A stretch of DNA of 64,000 nucleotides from NCBI GenBank assembly GCA_039803205.1, contig JBDRYB010000006.1, positions 1 to 64,000 on the forward strand, in the 5' to 3' direction. Positions 29,556 through 39,770 of the stretch are shown here, piece after piece. The notes under the pieces are model-generated. The model did no database searches and was not told the origin of the DNA. It was given only the letters and a program-made list of their open reading frames with translations. Made by a program: the position numbers and the translations under genes. Origin of the DNA: a candidate division WOR-3 bacterium (GTDB lineage Bacteria > Hydrothermota > Hydrothermia > JBDRYB01). Position 1 is the stretch's first letter. Each line of letters opens with the position of its first letter.

Positions 29556-29745
29556 CTTGGATCTCTGCACATGCACCTATGAACCGTGTCCTCGGAAAGG
29601 GATTTGTTGTGAGTGCATAAGGTATCACAGGGATTCGGGGGAACTGCCGGGCTGTTTCTTTCCTCCGGATGCGGAACGGACATACGATCGCTCCATAGGG
29701 TATTTTCTCAGGGTCATGGGTAAACGCGGGGGCACCTCAACATGA
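29527..29745 (+). CDS. small Cys-rich protein (DUF6485-like)
   Basis: [26 protein letters not shown]...TYDRS; TATAAT 7 nt upstream of ATG. Confidence 0.75.
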   Translation: MARQCDQKNNLDLCTCTYEPCPRKGICCECIRYHRDSGELPGCFFPPDAERTYDRSIGYFLRVMGKRGGTST

Positions 29746-30080
29746 AGAAAGTCCTCTGGATTATTGGCCTCTCCCTTGGTTTCGTGGAGGGAGTGTTTCT
29801 CCTGCTCTTCGTCCTTGACACATGGTCAGATCCCCTTGGCATGGCTGTGCATTCCCTCCCGGCGCTCCTGGTTCTTGTTCCTACGGTCCTCGGAATATGG
29901 TTCAGGAAAACCTCCGGCATCATACTTTTCCTGGAAGGCATAGGGCTAGCTTGCCTGTGGCTAATTAGAGCGCCAAATGTATCCTGGGCTATTTACCTGC
30001 TGATCCCCGGAGGCATTATCGCGAGCGGCGTTTTCTTGTTCATGAGCGGCATTAGGAGGGCCCCTGTGGGTCGTTCATGA
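29742..30080 (+). CDS. small membrane protein (about 4 TM)
   Basis: Hydrophobic 112-aa ORF with ATGA overlap. Confidence 0.65.
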   Translation: MKKVLWIIGLSLGFVEGVFLLLFVLDTWSDPLGMAVHSLPALLVLVPTVLGIWFRKTSGIILFLEGIGLACLWLIRAPNVSWAIYLLIPGGIIASGVFLFMSGIRRAPVGRS

Positions 30081-30147
30081 GCTGTCTTCAATTGGTTGCT
30101 ATGGCCTCTCATGTTCCTTTAAGATATGCGATGCGGAGAATTTAGGG

Positions 30148-31659
30148 ATGTTGGTCTCTAACTCCCTCTTGTTCTTGCTTTTATCTCAAACACTCTTCGC
30201 CAGAACATTTGGGGGATCCGGAGATGATGGCACCTATTCCATGGCCTTGACAGCTGATGGCGGATTTCTCCTTGCTGGCTACACTGCTGGCTTCGGTGCT
30301 GGTAATGCCGATCTCATGGTTATGAAAATATCTCGTCTGGGGAATCTGATGTGGGCAAAGACAATAGGTGGACCTGATGATGATTGGGCCTATTCGGTCA
30401 TTGAGCTTCCCGACCGCGACATCATCCTCGCAGGGTATACGAGAAGCTCAGGGGCAGGCGGATCTGATCTCTTGGTCGCTAGAATGGATTCCCTTGGAAA
30501 CCTTGAATGGGCAAGGACATTTGGGGGCCCTGGGGATGAACGAGCCTATTCCGTCGCGCCAGCGAACACCGGATTCGTTGTGGTGGGCTACACAACTAGT
30601 TTCGGTTCTGGTGGTGCAGACCTCCTAATACTGAAGCTCTCCTCAGACGGGAACCCTGAGTGGGCAAAGACATTCGGGGGGCCCGGCCAGGAATGGGCGT
30701 CCTCGGTCCTCAGGGCATCCGATGGGAGCATAGCGGCAGCTGGATACACGGACAGCTTTGGGGATGGTGGAGCGGATTTCCTGATCATCAAGCTATCGGA
30801 ATCAGGCTCTTTGGGCCTGGCTATGACATTTGGAGGGCCAAATGATGAATGGGCCTATTCTGTGAAGGAAACGGATGATGGCAACTTGGCTCTCTTGGGC
30901 TACACAGATGGTTTTGGGTCCGGACTAGCGGATGCCCTTATCGCCATGATAACTCCTTCAGGGACTCTCCGCTGGGCAAAGTCCATAGGGGGTCCTGGAA
31001 ATGATTACGCTTATGAGGCTTATGTCCGCGGCGGCACTCTGGTTATTGTCGGATTCACATCCGGTTTTGGTGCCGGCGGAGGTGACTTTTTCGCTTTCGG
31101 GATGAACCTATCAGGGGGCCTCCTCTGGGCCAGGACATTTGGCGGCACAGCCGAGGATCAGGCGGCTTCGGTCGCCATTACCCAAACAGGCTACATAGCC
31201 CTGGCAGGAAGCACTGCGAGCTTTGGCTCAGGGGGTTGGGATCATGCGCTTCTCATCCTTGATGCTGGGGGAAATTACCAGGATTGCGCTTACTCGTGCG
31301 CGCCAAACATCTTCTCTGCGGTGCTCTTTACAACACAGCCGGATGGGCTCGAGGACTGCTCTCTTGCCCAGGGCAACCCGACGCTCAGCGTGGCCAACCC
31401 AATGCTTATCTTTGCTGATGTCTGCCCTCCCGCTGTTGAGGAAGGTGCTATCCCTCTGCGACCGGGGATAAGCTGTAGCCCACTCTCCGGCGCCGCTCTT
31501 TTCATCTCGCCTGAGGGCATTCCGATAAAGATCTACAAAGCGGACGGAAGGCTACTTTATTCGGCCGATCTCAAAAGGGGCGAGAACAAAATAGGCCTGG
31601 AAGCAGGGGTTTATCTCTGGAAAACCCGAAACCAATCTGGGAGTGTAGTTGTGCGCTGA
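30148..31659 (+). CDS. secreted beta-propeller repeat protein with short T9SS-type C-terminal domain
   Basis: About 7 repeats of WAKTFGG--D--AYSV----DG----GYT-SFG-G--D; IYKADGRL...GVYLW...VVVR. Confidence 0.8.
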   Translation: MLVSNSLLFLLLSQTLFARTFGGSGDDGTYSMALTADGGFLLAGYTAGFGAGNADLMVMKISRLGNLMWAKTIGGPDDDWAYSVIELPDRDIILAGYTRSSGAGGSDLLVARMDSLGNLEWARTFGGPGDERAYSVAPANTGFVVVGYTTSFGSGGADLLILKLSSDGNPEWAKTFGGPGQEWASSVLRASDGSIAAAGYTDSFGDGGADFLIIKLSESGSLGLAMTFGGPNDEWAYSVKETDDGNLALLGYTDGFGSGLADALIAMITPSGTLRWAKSIGGPGNDYAYEAYVRGGTLVIVGFTSGFGAGGGDFFAFGMNLSGGLLWARTFGGTAEDQAASVAITQTGYIALAGSTASFGSGGWDHALLILDAGGNYQDCAYSCAPNIFSAVLFTTQPDGLEDCSLAQGNPTLSVANPMLIFADVCPPAVEEGAIPLRPGISCSPLSGAALFISPEGIPIKIYKADGRLLYSADLKRGENKIGLEAGVYLWKTRNQSGSVVVR

Positions 31660-31667
31660 AGGTAGCG

Positions 31668-31698
31668 AGGCAGGGCCTTTGCAAAGGCCCTGCCTTTT
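31668..31698 (+). terminator. rho-independent terminator overlapping the next -35 box
   Basis: AGGCAGGGCCTTT-gc-AAAGGCCCTGCCT-TTT. Confidence 0.8.
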
Positions 31699-31714
31699 GG
31701 ATTATAATTTCGCC

Positions 31715-32548
31715 ATGCTCGCGATACTGATTCTGGCCCTTGCCCCTGGAGACCTGGGGTATCAGTATTTGCTCTTGCCATACAGCGTTGATGAGGCAAT
31801 ATTCTCGCGCGGGGAACCCAGATTCATAGCCCCGATACCAAAAACGACTTTCTCGGGAACATCGTATGTGGCGGGCATAAAGGCTGGCAAGGCAGGGGGC
31901 CATGTCAGGGGATTCTACATTGAAGGGATATATTTGAACTCAGGGAAAATTGAGGGCTACGACACAGCTGGCACATATATTGGGGATTTCGCGTATCACG
32001 CTGGCGCTTTCTCGGGCGCCAGGGTATTCTCTTGGAGGGGCTACACGATCCTCTTGGGTGCGGAACTGCTTTTCCAGTCAGCCGCAGGCCAATCCGCTTT
32101 CGCTGGGGCCCTGAGCATCGGGATAGGCGGAAGCATTCCTCTTATGAGATCAGAGGTTCTCTGGGCTTTTCAGGCAAAGCATCTCGGATACGAGCTCATG
32201 CCATTTGAATCCGTGAGATCGAGATTGCCAGCCGGAGCTGAGGCGGGAGCAAAGTGGATCTCTCCTGGGAAGAGCTGGGAGCTCTCAGCGGGCCTGGGTT
32301 CCCAGATGGACCTGCCAGTGTATGGAACCCTCGGTGGGGTGTGGTGGGTTTACGGCTACCCTATTGGCGTCGCGGCCTCCTTCAACTCAAAGACGAGGAA
32401 ACTCGCTGGTGAGGGCGATATTTTGACGGGATTGAGCGCCGGTGCCCTATTCAGGCTTGGCACCACGAGATTGGCATATTCCTGGACTCCCCAAGGGCTT
32501 TTGGGAGATGCGCACAGGATCCAAATTGACCTGGGATGCCCCCGGTAA
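31715..32548 (+). CDS. PorV/PorQ-like outer-membrane beta-barrel protein
   Basis: YL-SG-I-GYD--G---G-F, AYSW-PQG-LG-AHRI; leaderless promoter TTGCAA-N18-TATAAT. Confidence 0.6.
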   Translation: MLAILILALAPGDLGYQYLLLPYSVDEAIFSRGEPRFIAPIPKTTFSGTSYVAGIKAGKAGGHVRGFYIEGIYLNSGKIEGYDTAGTYIGDFAYHAGAFSGARVFSWRGYTILLGAELLFQSAAGQSAFAGALSIGIGGSIPLMRSEVLWAFQAKHLGYELMPFESVRSRLPAGAEAGAKWISPGKSWELSAGLGSQMDLPVYGTLGGVWWVYGYPIGVAASFNSKTRKLAGEGDILTGLSAGALFRLGTTRLAYSWTPQGLLGDAHRIQIDLGCPR

Positions 32549-32985
32549 GAATCATAGTCTCCAACCGCAGGGCCAGGAGGGACTACGAGATAATCGAGAC
32601 AGTGGAGTGCGGTATCGTGCTTTTGGGCTCAGAGGTTAAATCCATAAAGGCAGGCATGGTCTCCATAGCCGAGGCCTATGCTGAACCCATAGGGGGAGAG
32701 ATATGGCTCATGGACATGCATGTCGCGCAGTATCCCCACTCAGGGCCCTTCGTCCACGAACCCACGAGGCCGAGAAAATTGCTCCTCAGAAAGAACGAGA
32801 TAAAACACCTCATAGGCAAGGTCTCCCGGAGAGGATATACCCTCATCCCCCTGAGCATATACATAAAGAGGGGTTTCATAAAGCTTGAGCTCGGTCTGGC
32901 CAAGGGAAGAAAGAAGCACGAGAAAAGGGATGTCATAAAGAGAAGGGAGGCTGAGAGGGAAATACGGAAGGAGCTTAGGGGATAA
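32536..32985 (+). CDS. smpB: SsrA-binding protein
   Basis: NRRARRDY, GIVLLGSEVKS, RKLLL-K-EI, GLAKGRK--EKR. Confidence 0.97.
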   Translation: MPPVRIIVSNRRARRDYEIIETVECGIVLLGSEVKSIKAGMVSIAEAYAEPIGGEIWLMDMHVAQYPHSGPFVHEPTRPRKLLLRKNEIKHLIGKVSRRGYTLIPLSIYIKRGFIKLELGLAKGRKKHEKRDVIKRREAEREIRKELRG

Positions 32986-34340
32986 TGCCCGCGCTGTTCC
33001 TCGCCGCGACCACCTACATAAATGTGCCTTATCTCTCAACAGAGATAGGGGATTTCGTGCCGCCGGATAGCGCATTCTCCGCCTTCGGAATGACGAGAAC
33101 GGGCGGCGCTTGGCTCGCGACCCAGCTAAAAGAGGTGAAGATAAAGATAAATGAGGAGAGTATTCAGCTCAATGACAACCTTTACAAGGCTCCAATGTCC
33201 TTCTGGAAGGACGATGTCCTCTACATGCCAGCGGAGTTCGTCTCGTTCACGCTTTGCAAGGTCATAAGGGGATATGCTTACTGGGACAGGGAAAAGAAGA
33301 GGTTCTTCGTGAAGGATGATAAACCCACGATAGGGAATATCTCTATTGATGACAGGGGGGATTCGGTGTGTCTTACAGTGAGATACGCCGAAGGGGTTCA
33401 CCTCAAACCCCAGGCAGATCCAACTGCCCCCAGCGTCATAACCCTGAGCGTTCCCGGAGGGTTCTACTGGAAGGATTATCGGATTGAAGGGAAGGGGCCG
33501 GTCACCTCAATCCTGATCACTCACGCTGAGAGAGGAATGACCATACATGTATCCCTCGGTGAGGGGGCTTCGGGATACCAGTTGCACGACAGGACTGACC
33601 TCTTCGTTCTCTCGGTCTATAAGACCAGGAAGGTGAAGGAGCCGGAGCAGAAAAAAAGGAAGCTGGACCTCATAGTGGTAGACCCTGGGCACGGAGGAAA
33701 GGACCCAGGAGCAATAGGGTATGATAGCCTATGCGAGAAAGACATCACGCTTTCGGTTGCCCTCCTCCTAAAAAAGGAGCTCGAGCGAGAGCTGGGGGTT
33801 AGGGTCATCCTAACGAGGGAGGACGACAGGTTCGTGACCCTTGGGGACAGAGCGAGGATAGCCAACAGGGCAGGGGCTGATCTCTTCATAAGCCTGCACT
33901 GCAACTGGGGAAAGCGCAAGGAAGCCCGGGGAACAGAGACCTATTTCCTCGCGGCCGCTAGGACGGATTGGGAGCGCTCGGTTGCCGCATTTGAGAACAA
34001 AGCAATAGAGTATGAGGGGGAGCTTACTGACAAATCAGACATAGTGGGCTACATCCTCTCGGACATGATCCAGAACGAGTATCTGAAGGAATCGCAGGAC
34101 CTCGCGGCTTTCGTTCACGAGGGTATAGTGGAGGAAACTAAACTTGAGAACCGCGGCGTGAAACAGGCTGGTTTTTATGTCCTTCGGGGCTGTTATATGC
34201 CATCAATCCTCGTTGAGATGGCCTTCATATCAAATAAACAGGACGCGAAACTGCTTCAGGAAAAAGAGGTTCAGATGAAAATAGTGAAGGGCATAGTCGT
34301 GGGGGTCAAGGAGTTCAAAAAGCGCTATGAGAGCAAATGA
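32985..34340 (+). CDS. N-acetylmuramoyl-L-alanine amidase (Amidase_3)
   Basis: VDPGHGGKDPGA, EKDITL, FISLHCN, PSILVEMAFISN. Confidence 0.93.
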   Translation: MPALFLAATTYINVPYLSTEIGDFVPPDSAFSAFGMTRTGGAWLATQLKEVKIKINEESIQLNDNLYKAPMSFWKDDVLYMPAEFVSFTLCKVIRGYAYWDREKKRFFVKDDKPTIGNISIDDRGDSVCLTVRYAEGVHLKPQADPTAPSVITLSVPGGFYWKDYRIEGKGPVTSILITHAERGMTIHVSLGEGASGYQLHDRTDLFVLSVYKTRKVKEPEQKKRKLDLIVVDPGHGGKDPGAIGYDSLCEKDITLSVALLLKKELERELGVRVILTREDDRFVTLGDRARIANRAGADLFISLHCNWGKRKEARGTETYFLAAARTDWERSVAAFENKAIEYEGELTDKSDIVGYILSDMIQNEYLKESQDLAAFVHEGIVEETKLENRGVKQAGFYVLRGCYMPSILVEMAFISNKQDAKLLQEKEVQMKIVKGIVVGVKEFKKRYESK

Positions 34341-35118
34341 GAGCCCTATTGGTTTCTTTGACTCAGGCCTCGGCGGCTTGACCGTGGTTAGGGAGTTTCT
34401 CAAGATCGCGCCCTCAGAGGACATAATCTATCTCGGGGATACAGCGAGACTACCCTATGGCACAAAATCCGAGGAGGCCGTGAAGAGGTTTTCCCTTGAA
34501 AACCTTGATTTCCTTCTGGGCAAAAGGGTAAAGGTGATAGTGGTCGCGTGCTCAACCTCTGCCTCCGTGGCAATGGACGCGCTCAGGGAGAGAAGCCCCG
34601 TGCCGGTTATAGGGGTCGTGGAGGCAGGAGCGAGAGCACCCATATTCTCAGAGAGGAGCTTTGGCACGATAGGCGTCATAGGAACAACAGCTAGCATAAA
34701 AAAGGGAGAGTATCAGAGGCTAGTGAAGGAACGCCAACCAAACGCAGAGGTTCGGGCAAGGGCTTGTCCCCTCTTCGTTCCCCTCGTTGAGGAGGGCATG
34801 GTAATGGGCCCCATCCCAAAGGCAATAGTTGAGTATTACCTTTCTGACATGCGCGATGTGGAGGTTCTCATCCTTGGATGCACCCATTATCCCCTTCTAA
34901 AACCCCTCCTTTCGGACTTCTTGGGAGCGGGAACGGTTCTGGTTGACCCATCGGAGGAGGCGGCCCGAGCCCTGAAGGAATACCTTGATGAGAATGATAT
35001 GGCAAAGAAAGAAGGGCAGGGAAGGGTGAGGGTTTTCCTCACCGACTTTCCCCCTGGATACGAGACCCTCGTGTCCAGGTTCCTGGGGCCAGTGCCCCTG
35101 AACATAGAAAAGGTGTGA
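34327..35118 (+). CDS. murI: glutamate racemase
   Basis: FDSGLGGLTV, DTARLPYGTKS, VACST, LGCTHYP. Confidence 0.96.
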   Translation: MRANESPIGFFDSGLGGLTVVREFLKIAPSEDIIYLGDTARLPYGTKSEEAVKRFSLENLDFLLGKRVKVIVVACSTSASVAMDALRERSPVPVIGVVEAGARAPIFSERSFGTIGVIGTTASIKKGEYQRLVKERQPNAEVRARACPLFVPLVEEGMVMGPIPKAIVEYYLSDMRDVEVLILGCTHYPLLKPLLSDFLGAGTVLVDPSEEAARALKEYLDENDMAKKEGQGRVRVFLTDFPPGYETLVSRFLGPVPLNIEKV

Positions 35119-35119
35119 T

Positions 35120-36682
35120 ATGAACATAATGGAATTTGAGGATCCGGAACCCCAGTTTGATATACCTGAGAGGCTTATGTCCGTTCTCGCTGAGAAAGGG
35201 GCGGACAGCGATGTTCTCCTAGACCTGACCCTGAACCCATCATTTGAGAATCTTCTGGAGCCGGACAACCTTCCGAACATGTCCAGCCTCGTAAAGAGCA
35301 TCCTCCGGAGCGCTGGCAGGCAAGAGAAGATCCTGGTATGGGGCCACGAGGACGCAGATGGGATAACATCCGTCGCTGTGATGCTCAGGACCCTGAGGCA
35401 CATAAATGCCTCTGCGGGATACTACATCCCCTCAAAGGCCTCAGAGGGGCACGGCCTAACCTCGGAGGGTATAGATTGGGCAAGAGGGCAGGGTTATGGC
35501 CTCATCCTGACGGTTGATACCGGATCAGGGGACCTTGAGATGGTTGAATACGCGAGGAGCATGGGCATGGACATACTAATAACCGACCATCACGAGCTCA
35601 CATCATCCACATCCGGCATAACCGTCGTCAATCCGAAGATGGGCGGAAGCTTCAAGCACCTCGCTGGGGTAGGGGTAGCCCTGAAGTGCGCCTGGGCCAT
35701 ACTCTCGCTCCGAAACAGCTATACCCTTTCCGATATAGAGAGGGAGTTTCCCGAGCTCATTATCTATGCGATGATAGGAACCCTAGCGGATAAGGTCCCT
35801 CTCTTCGCTGAGAACAAGGCCATAGCTGACAGGGGCAGAGAGCTGATGTCCAGGCTATCGTTTCCCTTCATAAGGGCATACGAGCGGATAAGGGGGGTAA
35901 GGCCGACCCCTGAGGCCATAATAACGGCCATATCAGCTGGCAAATCCTCCGGAGGGAAGCACCCTGGGGTTGAGCTTTTGGTGACAACCGACGAGGCAAC
36001 GGCCGAGGACATCCTGGCTGAGCTCCTTGGAGAGGCTGACAAGTGGTTTGCCAGGGCCGAGAGGATATACTCAGAGTTCATCCAGAAGATAAAGAGGGTC
36101 AGGGGCTACATCCTACTTGACGCTGGGGATACGGAGCCTGGCTACCTCTCTTATATCTCCAGCAAGCTCAAGAACAAGTATGATGTTCCGGCTATAGTGA
36201 TGGGCAGGAAGGCGGACGGCCGGGTGGTCGCTGAGATAAGGGCTCCCTGGGGTTACGACATGATGGACCTCCTATCCAACATATCCCATCTCCTATCCGA
36301 TTACGGCGGCCACAAGCTAGCCGCTGGGTTCACCATGGAGGAGGAGTATCTCTCATCCTTGGCTGAGGAGCTGGAATACTACTTCACCTCTGGCAAGGGG
36401 GTTTTTGACGAATCCCGCGGCGCTGATATGGTGCTTGAGGCCTCTGATTCTGAGACAGTGGACCTCCTTGATAGCGCTGAGCAGCTCGGAAAGCTGGGGG
36501 TTGAGATAAGGTTCCTCATAAAGGGAACCGCGGGGGATGTCTCTTCCCTCCTCGGCCGATACAACACATATGACCCCGAGGCACTGCTTTCCATCCACGG
36601 AAAGGATGTTAGGGTAAAAGCCCTCGTGGTCTCAGGGCCGGACGGATACACGGTGGAGAACCTTTGGCCTGAAGGGAAATAA
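35120..36682 (+). CDS. divergent RecJ-like DHH-family phosphoesterase
   Basis: HEDADG, TVDTG, TDHH, GTLAD-VPL--ENK, GGH-LAAG. Confidence 0.8.
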   Translation: MNIMEFEDPEPQFDIPERLMSVLAEKGADSDVLLDLTLNPSFENLLEPDNLPNMSSLVKSILRSAGRQEKILVWGHEDADGITSVAVMLRTLRHINASAGYYIPSKASEGHGLTSEGIDWARGQGYGLILTVDTGSGDLEMVEYARSMGMDILITDHHELTSSTSGITVVNPKMGGSFKHLAGVGVALKCAWAILSLRNSYTLSDIEREFPELIIYAMIGTLADKVPLFAENKAIADRGRELMSRLSFPFIRAYERIRGVRPTPEAIITAISAGKSSGGKHPGVELLVTTDEATAEDILAELLGEADKWFARAERIYSEFIQKIKRVRGYILLDAGDTEPGYLSYISSKLKNKYDVPAIVMGRKADGRVVAEIRAPWGYDMMDLLSNISHLLSDYGGHKLAAGFTMEEEYLSSLAEELEYYFTSGKGVFDESRGADMVLEASDSETVDLLDSAEQLGKLGVEIRFLIKGTAGDVSSLLGRYNTYDPEALLSIHGKDVRVKALVVSGPDGYTVENLWPEGK

Positions 36683-36685
36683 CGC

Positions 36686-38188
36686 TCACCTTAGCCTGTA
36701 TATAGCGACTTCCCTCACATCCAGATAGCCACCGGGGATGCTTTTTACCAGCACAAACGCCCCCGTATCCGAGAGCAGATCTGCCTCAAAAACATCCATG
36801 GATTTAGCGAAGTTCTGGTTCGCGTTCGGGTTAGCGCGCTCGCGTTCTTCTATGGGCAAGGCTGGGTAATCGTGTTTCTCAACAATAAGGTATTCCGCGC
36901 CGCGGCTCCTCATCAATTCGGCAAGGGTTATCCTGCCTGAGACATACTCAGGAGAGGCCGGAAACCCATAGCGTTCCCCGAGGGGCCAGAAGAAACGCGT
37001 GCTCGTTCCGAGGGCCTTCGCGTCCTTCGGGATCGCTTTTGCTACTTCACGATAAACCCTGGCCTGAGCCGAGGCCTGGCCGCAAGCGAGCCGGATCTCC
37101 CTCTGAGCGTAATACATCTCTGGAACAAGGAGAGCGGCCAACAAAACCCACCTGAGCCTGGGTCCAAGTTGGGCCATGAGCGCGCCAAACCCTATGGCCA
37201 GAAACGGCAGAAACATAACAAAATAGGAGTATCTGAACCTCGGGAACCAGAATGCCGAAGCCAGGATCAAGAGAAGGAAGAAGACCCCGAGCCTCCTCAT
37301 CCGACCCAAAAGCAAGCCCCCAAGCCCCATCGCGGCAACGACCGGGGTCCAAAAGCCATACATGGGGATCACCTGAGAAGGGATTTCAGTGGCAATTCTC
37401 TTGAGCCACTTAACCGGAACCACCAGAGGGTTTTTGAACAAGAGGCCTGGGATAAACTGCATGCCGTAGTGAGCGTGAACATCTGAGAATGGGCTCTGGC
37501 CGAGAAAGGGAAGGATGTTGGTGAAGAAAATAAGAGCTGATCCCGCGACAAAACCAAGAGCGGCCCACAGGAAAAGCCTTGGCCTCCACGCGAACAACGG
37601 TAAAACCAAGGCCGCTAGCCCAGCGGCAGGGCCCAGCGGATAGACGAGAAAAAGAGCGATGCCGAGAAACCCACCCAAAAAAGACCTCCAGGCCCTCTGC
37701 GGTTCAGACAAGCAGAGGGTGGCTATCCCGACAAAACCGAGAGAAACCAGGACCTCTGGCCTGCCATAGTGGGACAGGCCCGCAAAAGGGGCCGAAAGCA
37801 TGAGCGCGCAACCAGAAAGAAGCCCCACCTTTCTGTCAACGAGGGAGCTGGCGAGCCAGAAGCCTGTGAAGACAACGAGAACGCTGGCTATGAGGCTGGG
37901 GAGCCTGAGAGCAATGAGATTCGTGCCAATGAGCTTGATGAAACCAGCTAGAATGCCCGCATAAACCCAAAACGATGTGATGCCCATACCTCTTGATTCC
38001 AGTGAAGAACCTGCCAGAAGCGCGCTCTTACAAAGCCCGTATCGCAAAAGCCCTGTAGCCAAAGAAGCAAACCAGGCCTCATCCCCATCAAGGTCTGGTA
38101 GGGGCCAGAAGCCAATCGTGAGCATCTGGAAGACAAACCAAGCGCAAAGAAGGACCAAAAAAACCTGAAAGTATCTGTCCTTGAACAC
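36686..38188 (-). CDS. ArnT/PMT-like (GT-C) membrane glycosyltransferase
   Basis: TM1 followed by DGDEAW, LRLPS, GRPE; many TM helices. Confidence 0.7.
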   Translation of the reverse strand: MFKDRYFQVFLVLLCAWFVFQMLTIGFWPLPDLDGDEAWFASLATGLLRYGLCKSALLAGSSLESRGMGITSFWVYAGILAGFIKLIGTNLIALRLPSLIASVLVVFTGFWLASSLVDRKVGLLSGCALMLSAPFAGLSHYGRPEVLVSLGFVGIATLCLSEPQRAWRSFLGGFLGIALFLVYPLGPAAGLAALVLPLFAWRPRLFLWAALGFVAGSALIFFTNILPFLGQSPFSDVHAHYGMQFIPGLLFKNPLVVPVKWLKRIATEIPSQVIPMYGFWTPVVAAMGLGGLLLGRMRRLGVFFLLLILASAFWFPRFRYSYFVMFLPFLAIGFGALMAQLGPRLRWVLLAALLVPEMYYAQREIRLACGQASAQARVYREVAKAIPKDAKALGTSTRFFWPLGERYGFPASPEYVSGRITLAELMRSRGAEYLIVEKHDYPALPIEERERANPNANQNFAKSMDVFEADLLSDTGAFVLVKSIPGGYLDVREVAIYRLR

Positions 38189-38261
38189 TACGATATTTTA
38201 ACGAAAATCCTGGGGCACAGGCAATTGTGGATGGACATCCTTGGCCGGTATACTCTTAGTC

Positions 38262-39770
38262 TTGTCCAAGAAGGAGATTCTGTATCTTCTGCTTGTCCTC
38301 TCAGCGGGTGCAACGATGGGCATATTCGGCCTCATCTTTTTTCCTAAGATACCTGTTAACTCCGATGCCATAAGCTACTTCACGGCCGCGAGAAATCTCC
38401 TTGGGGGCAAGGGCCTGGTTATATCGCTTAGCACCCCAACAATGGCTTACTTCATGGGGGTTCCCCACCCTGATTATCATATGCCGGGCTGGCCGCTTTT
38501 ACTCGCTGGTTTCATGTGGCTCACAAAAACAGGGCCATGCACGCCTATCATACTGAACATCGCCCTCGCGCTCGGCTCCTCAGCTCTCGCGTATTTCACG
38601 CTTCTTCTTTGGTCAGACAGCGAAAAGGCCTTCTGGGGCGCTCTTCTATTCATGCTATTCCCTAGCATAATGGTTTATCAGTTCACCGGGATGGCTGAGA
38701 TGCCCCTCCTCTTTTGGCTGATGCTTTCGGTTTTCACAGCCTCCCTGCCTCGGGCCGGCCGAACTATTGCCCTGCTCATTGGTATAGGGATAATTCTCAT
38801 ATTTGCATATGCCACGAGGGAAACAGCCCTGTTTTTCCTGCCGCTCATCCTTTCTCTCTTACGGGAAAGGGGGGCCAGGTGGTCAACCTTGACCATTCTC
38901 ACGCTCATTATCCTAGCGGCCTCCCTGATCCTCTCGTATCTTTATTATTCGCTGTGGCCAGGATTCTCTGAAACAAGCTATGTCTTCAACCAACATGGCA
39001 TTCTATTCAAAACCGGAACAATCACCCCAGAACACAACCCCATGTGGAATGTGGTGAGACCAGAGGACTTTCCGAAGCTATCCCTGCCAGAGCTCTTCTG
39101 GCTCCTTCTCAAGAAACCCCTCAGGCTACTTTTGATCCTGCCGAGGAACAAGTCATGGGAAACGATCGCGGCAGATGTTTGGACGCTCGGAGCAATAATC
39201 CTGGCCCCAATCATTGTCAAGGGATGGAAGATGAGGCTCGGTTTGGGCTTTCTGGTTCTCATCGTTCCCGCCATGTTCACCCTTTATTACCCTAAGACCG
39301 ATTACCTGATGAGGATAGGCCTCGTTTTCGGTTCTGTGGCCGTGGTTTTCATAGCGGCGCGGCTCAGGCTCACCCGGATAAGCAGGTTTCTGATTTGCAT
39401 GGCCCTCGCGTGCGAGCTTACAATTGGGGCCTTATGCTCCTGGAACCTTCAGAAGACCTCCAGGGAGGGGCTTAGGAAGATGCAGGAGATCTATCCTGTT
39501 CTAAAGGAGAACCTTCCGCCTGATGCGCGTATAGTCGGAATCAGGGGGTTCAGCCTTGAGCTCCTTCCTGTGTATGAGCCGGATATCTATACGGTTCTTT
39601 ATCCGGACAGGGCCGAGCATGCCCGGATGCTGAGCGAGCGCATAGGCACGGATGCCCTCGTGTTCGCTTCCGGCCAAAAGCCTTATCCTGGGCTTGAGGA
39701 TGAGGGGTGGTATACTAAAGCGCTGACAGCAGGAGGGGATAGCCTGTTCATTTGCACGAAGCGGAAATGA
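38262..39770 (+). CDS. ArnT/PMT-like (GT-C) membrane glycosyltransferase
   Basis: SDAISY--AARNL--GKG, PGWPLL, MAE, TRE; start moved to TTG 38262 (TATACT 7 nt upstream). Confidence 0.7.
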   Translation: MSKKEILYLLLVLSAGATMGIFGLIFFPKIPVNSDAISYFTAARNLLGGKGLVISLSTPTMAYFMGVPHPDYHMPGWPLLLAGFMWLTKTGPCTPIILNIALALGSSALAYFTLLLWSDSEKAFWGALLFMLFPSIMVYQFTGMAEMPLLFWLMLSVFTASLPRAGRTIALLIGIGIILIFAYATRETALFFLPLILSLLRERGARWSTLTILTLIILAASLILSYLYYSLWPGFSETSYVFNQHGILFKTGTITPEHNPMWNVVRPEDFPKLSLPELFWLLLKKPLRLLLILPRNKSWETIAADVWTLGAIILAPIIVKGWKMRLGLGFLVLIVPAMFTLYYPKTDYLMRIGLVFGSVAVVFIAARLRLTRISRFLICMALACELTIGALCSWNLQKTSREGLRKMQEIYPVLKENLPPDARIVGIRGFSLELLPVYEPDIYTVLYPDRAEHARMLSERIGTDALVFASGQKPYPGLEDEGWYTKALTAGGDSLFICTKRK

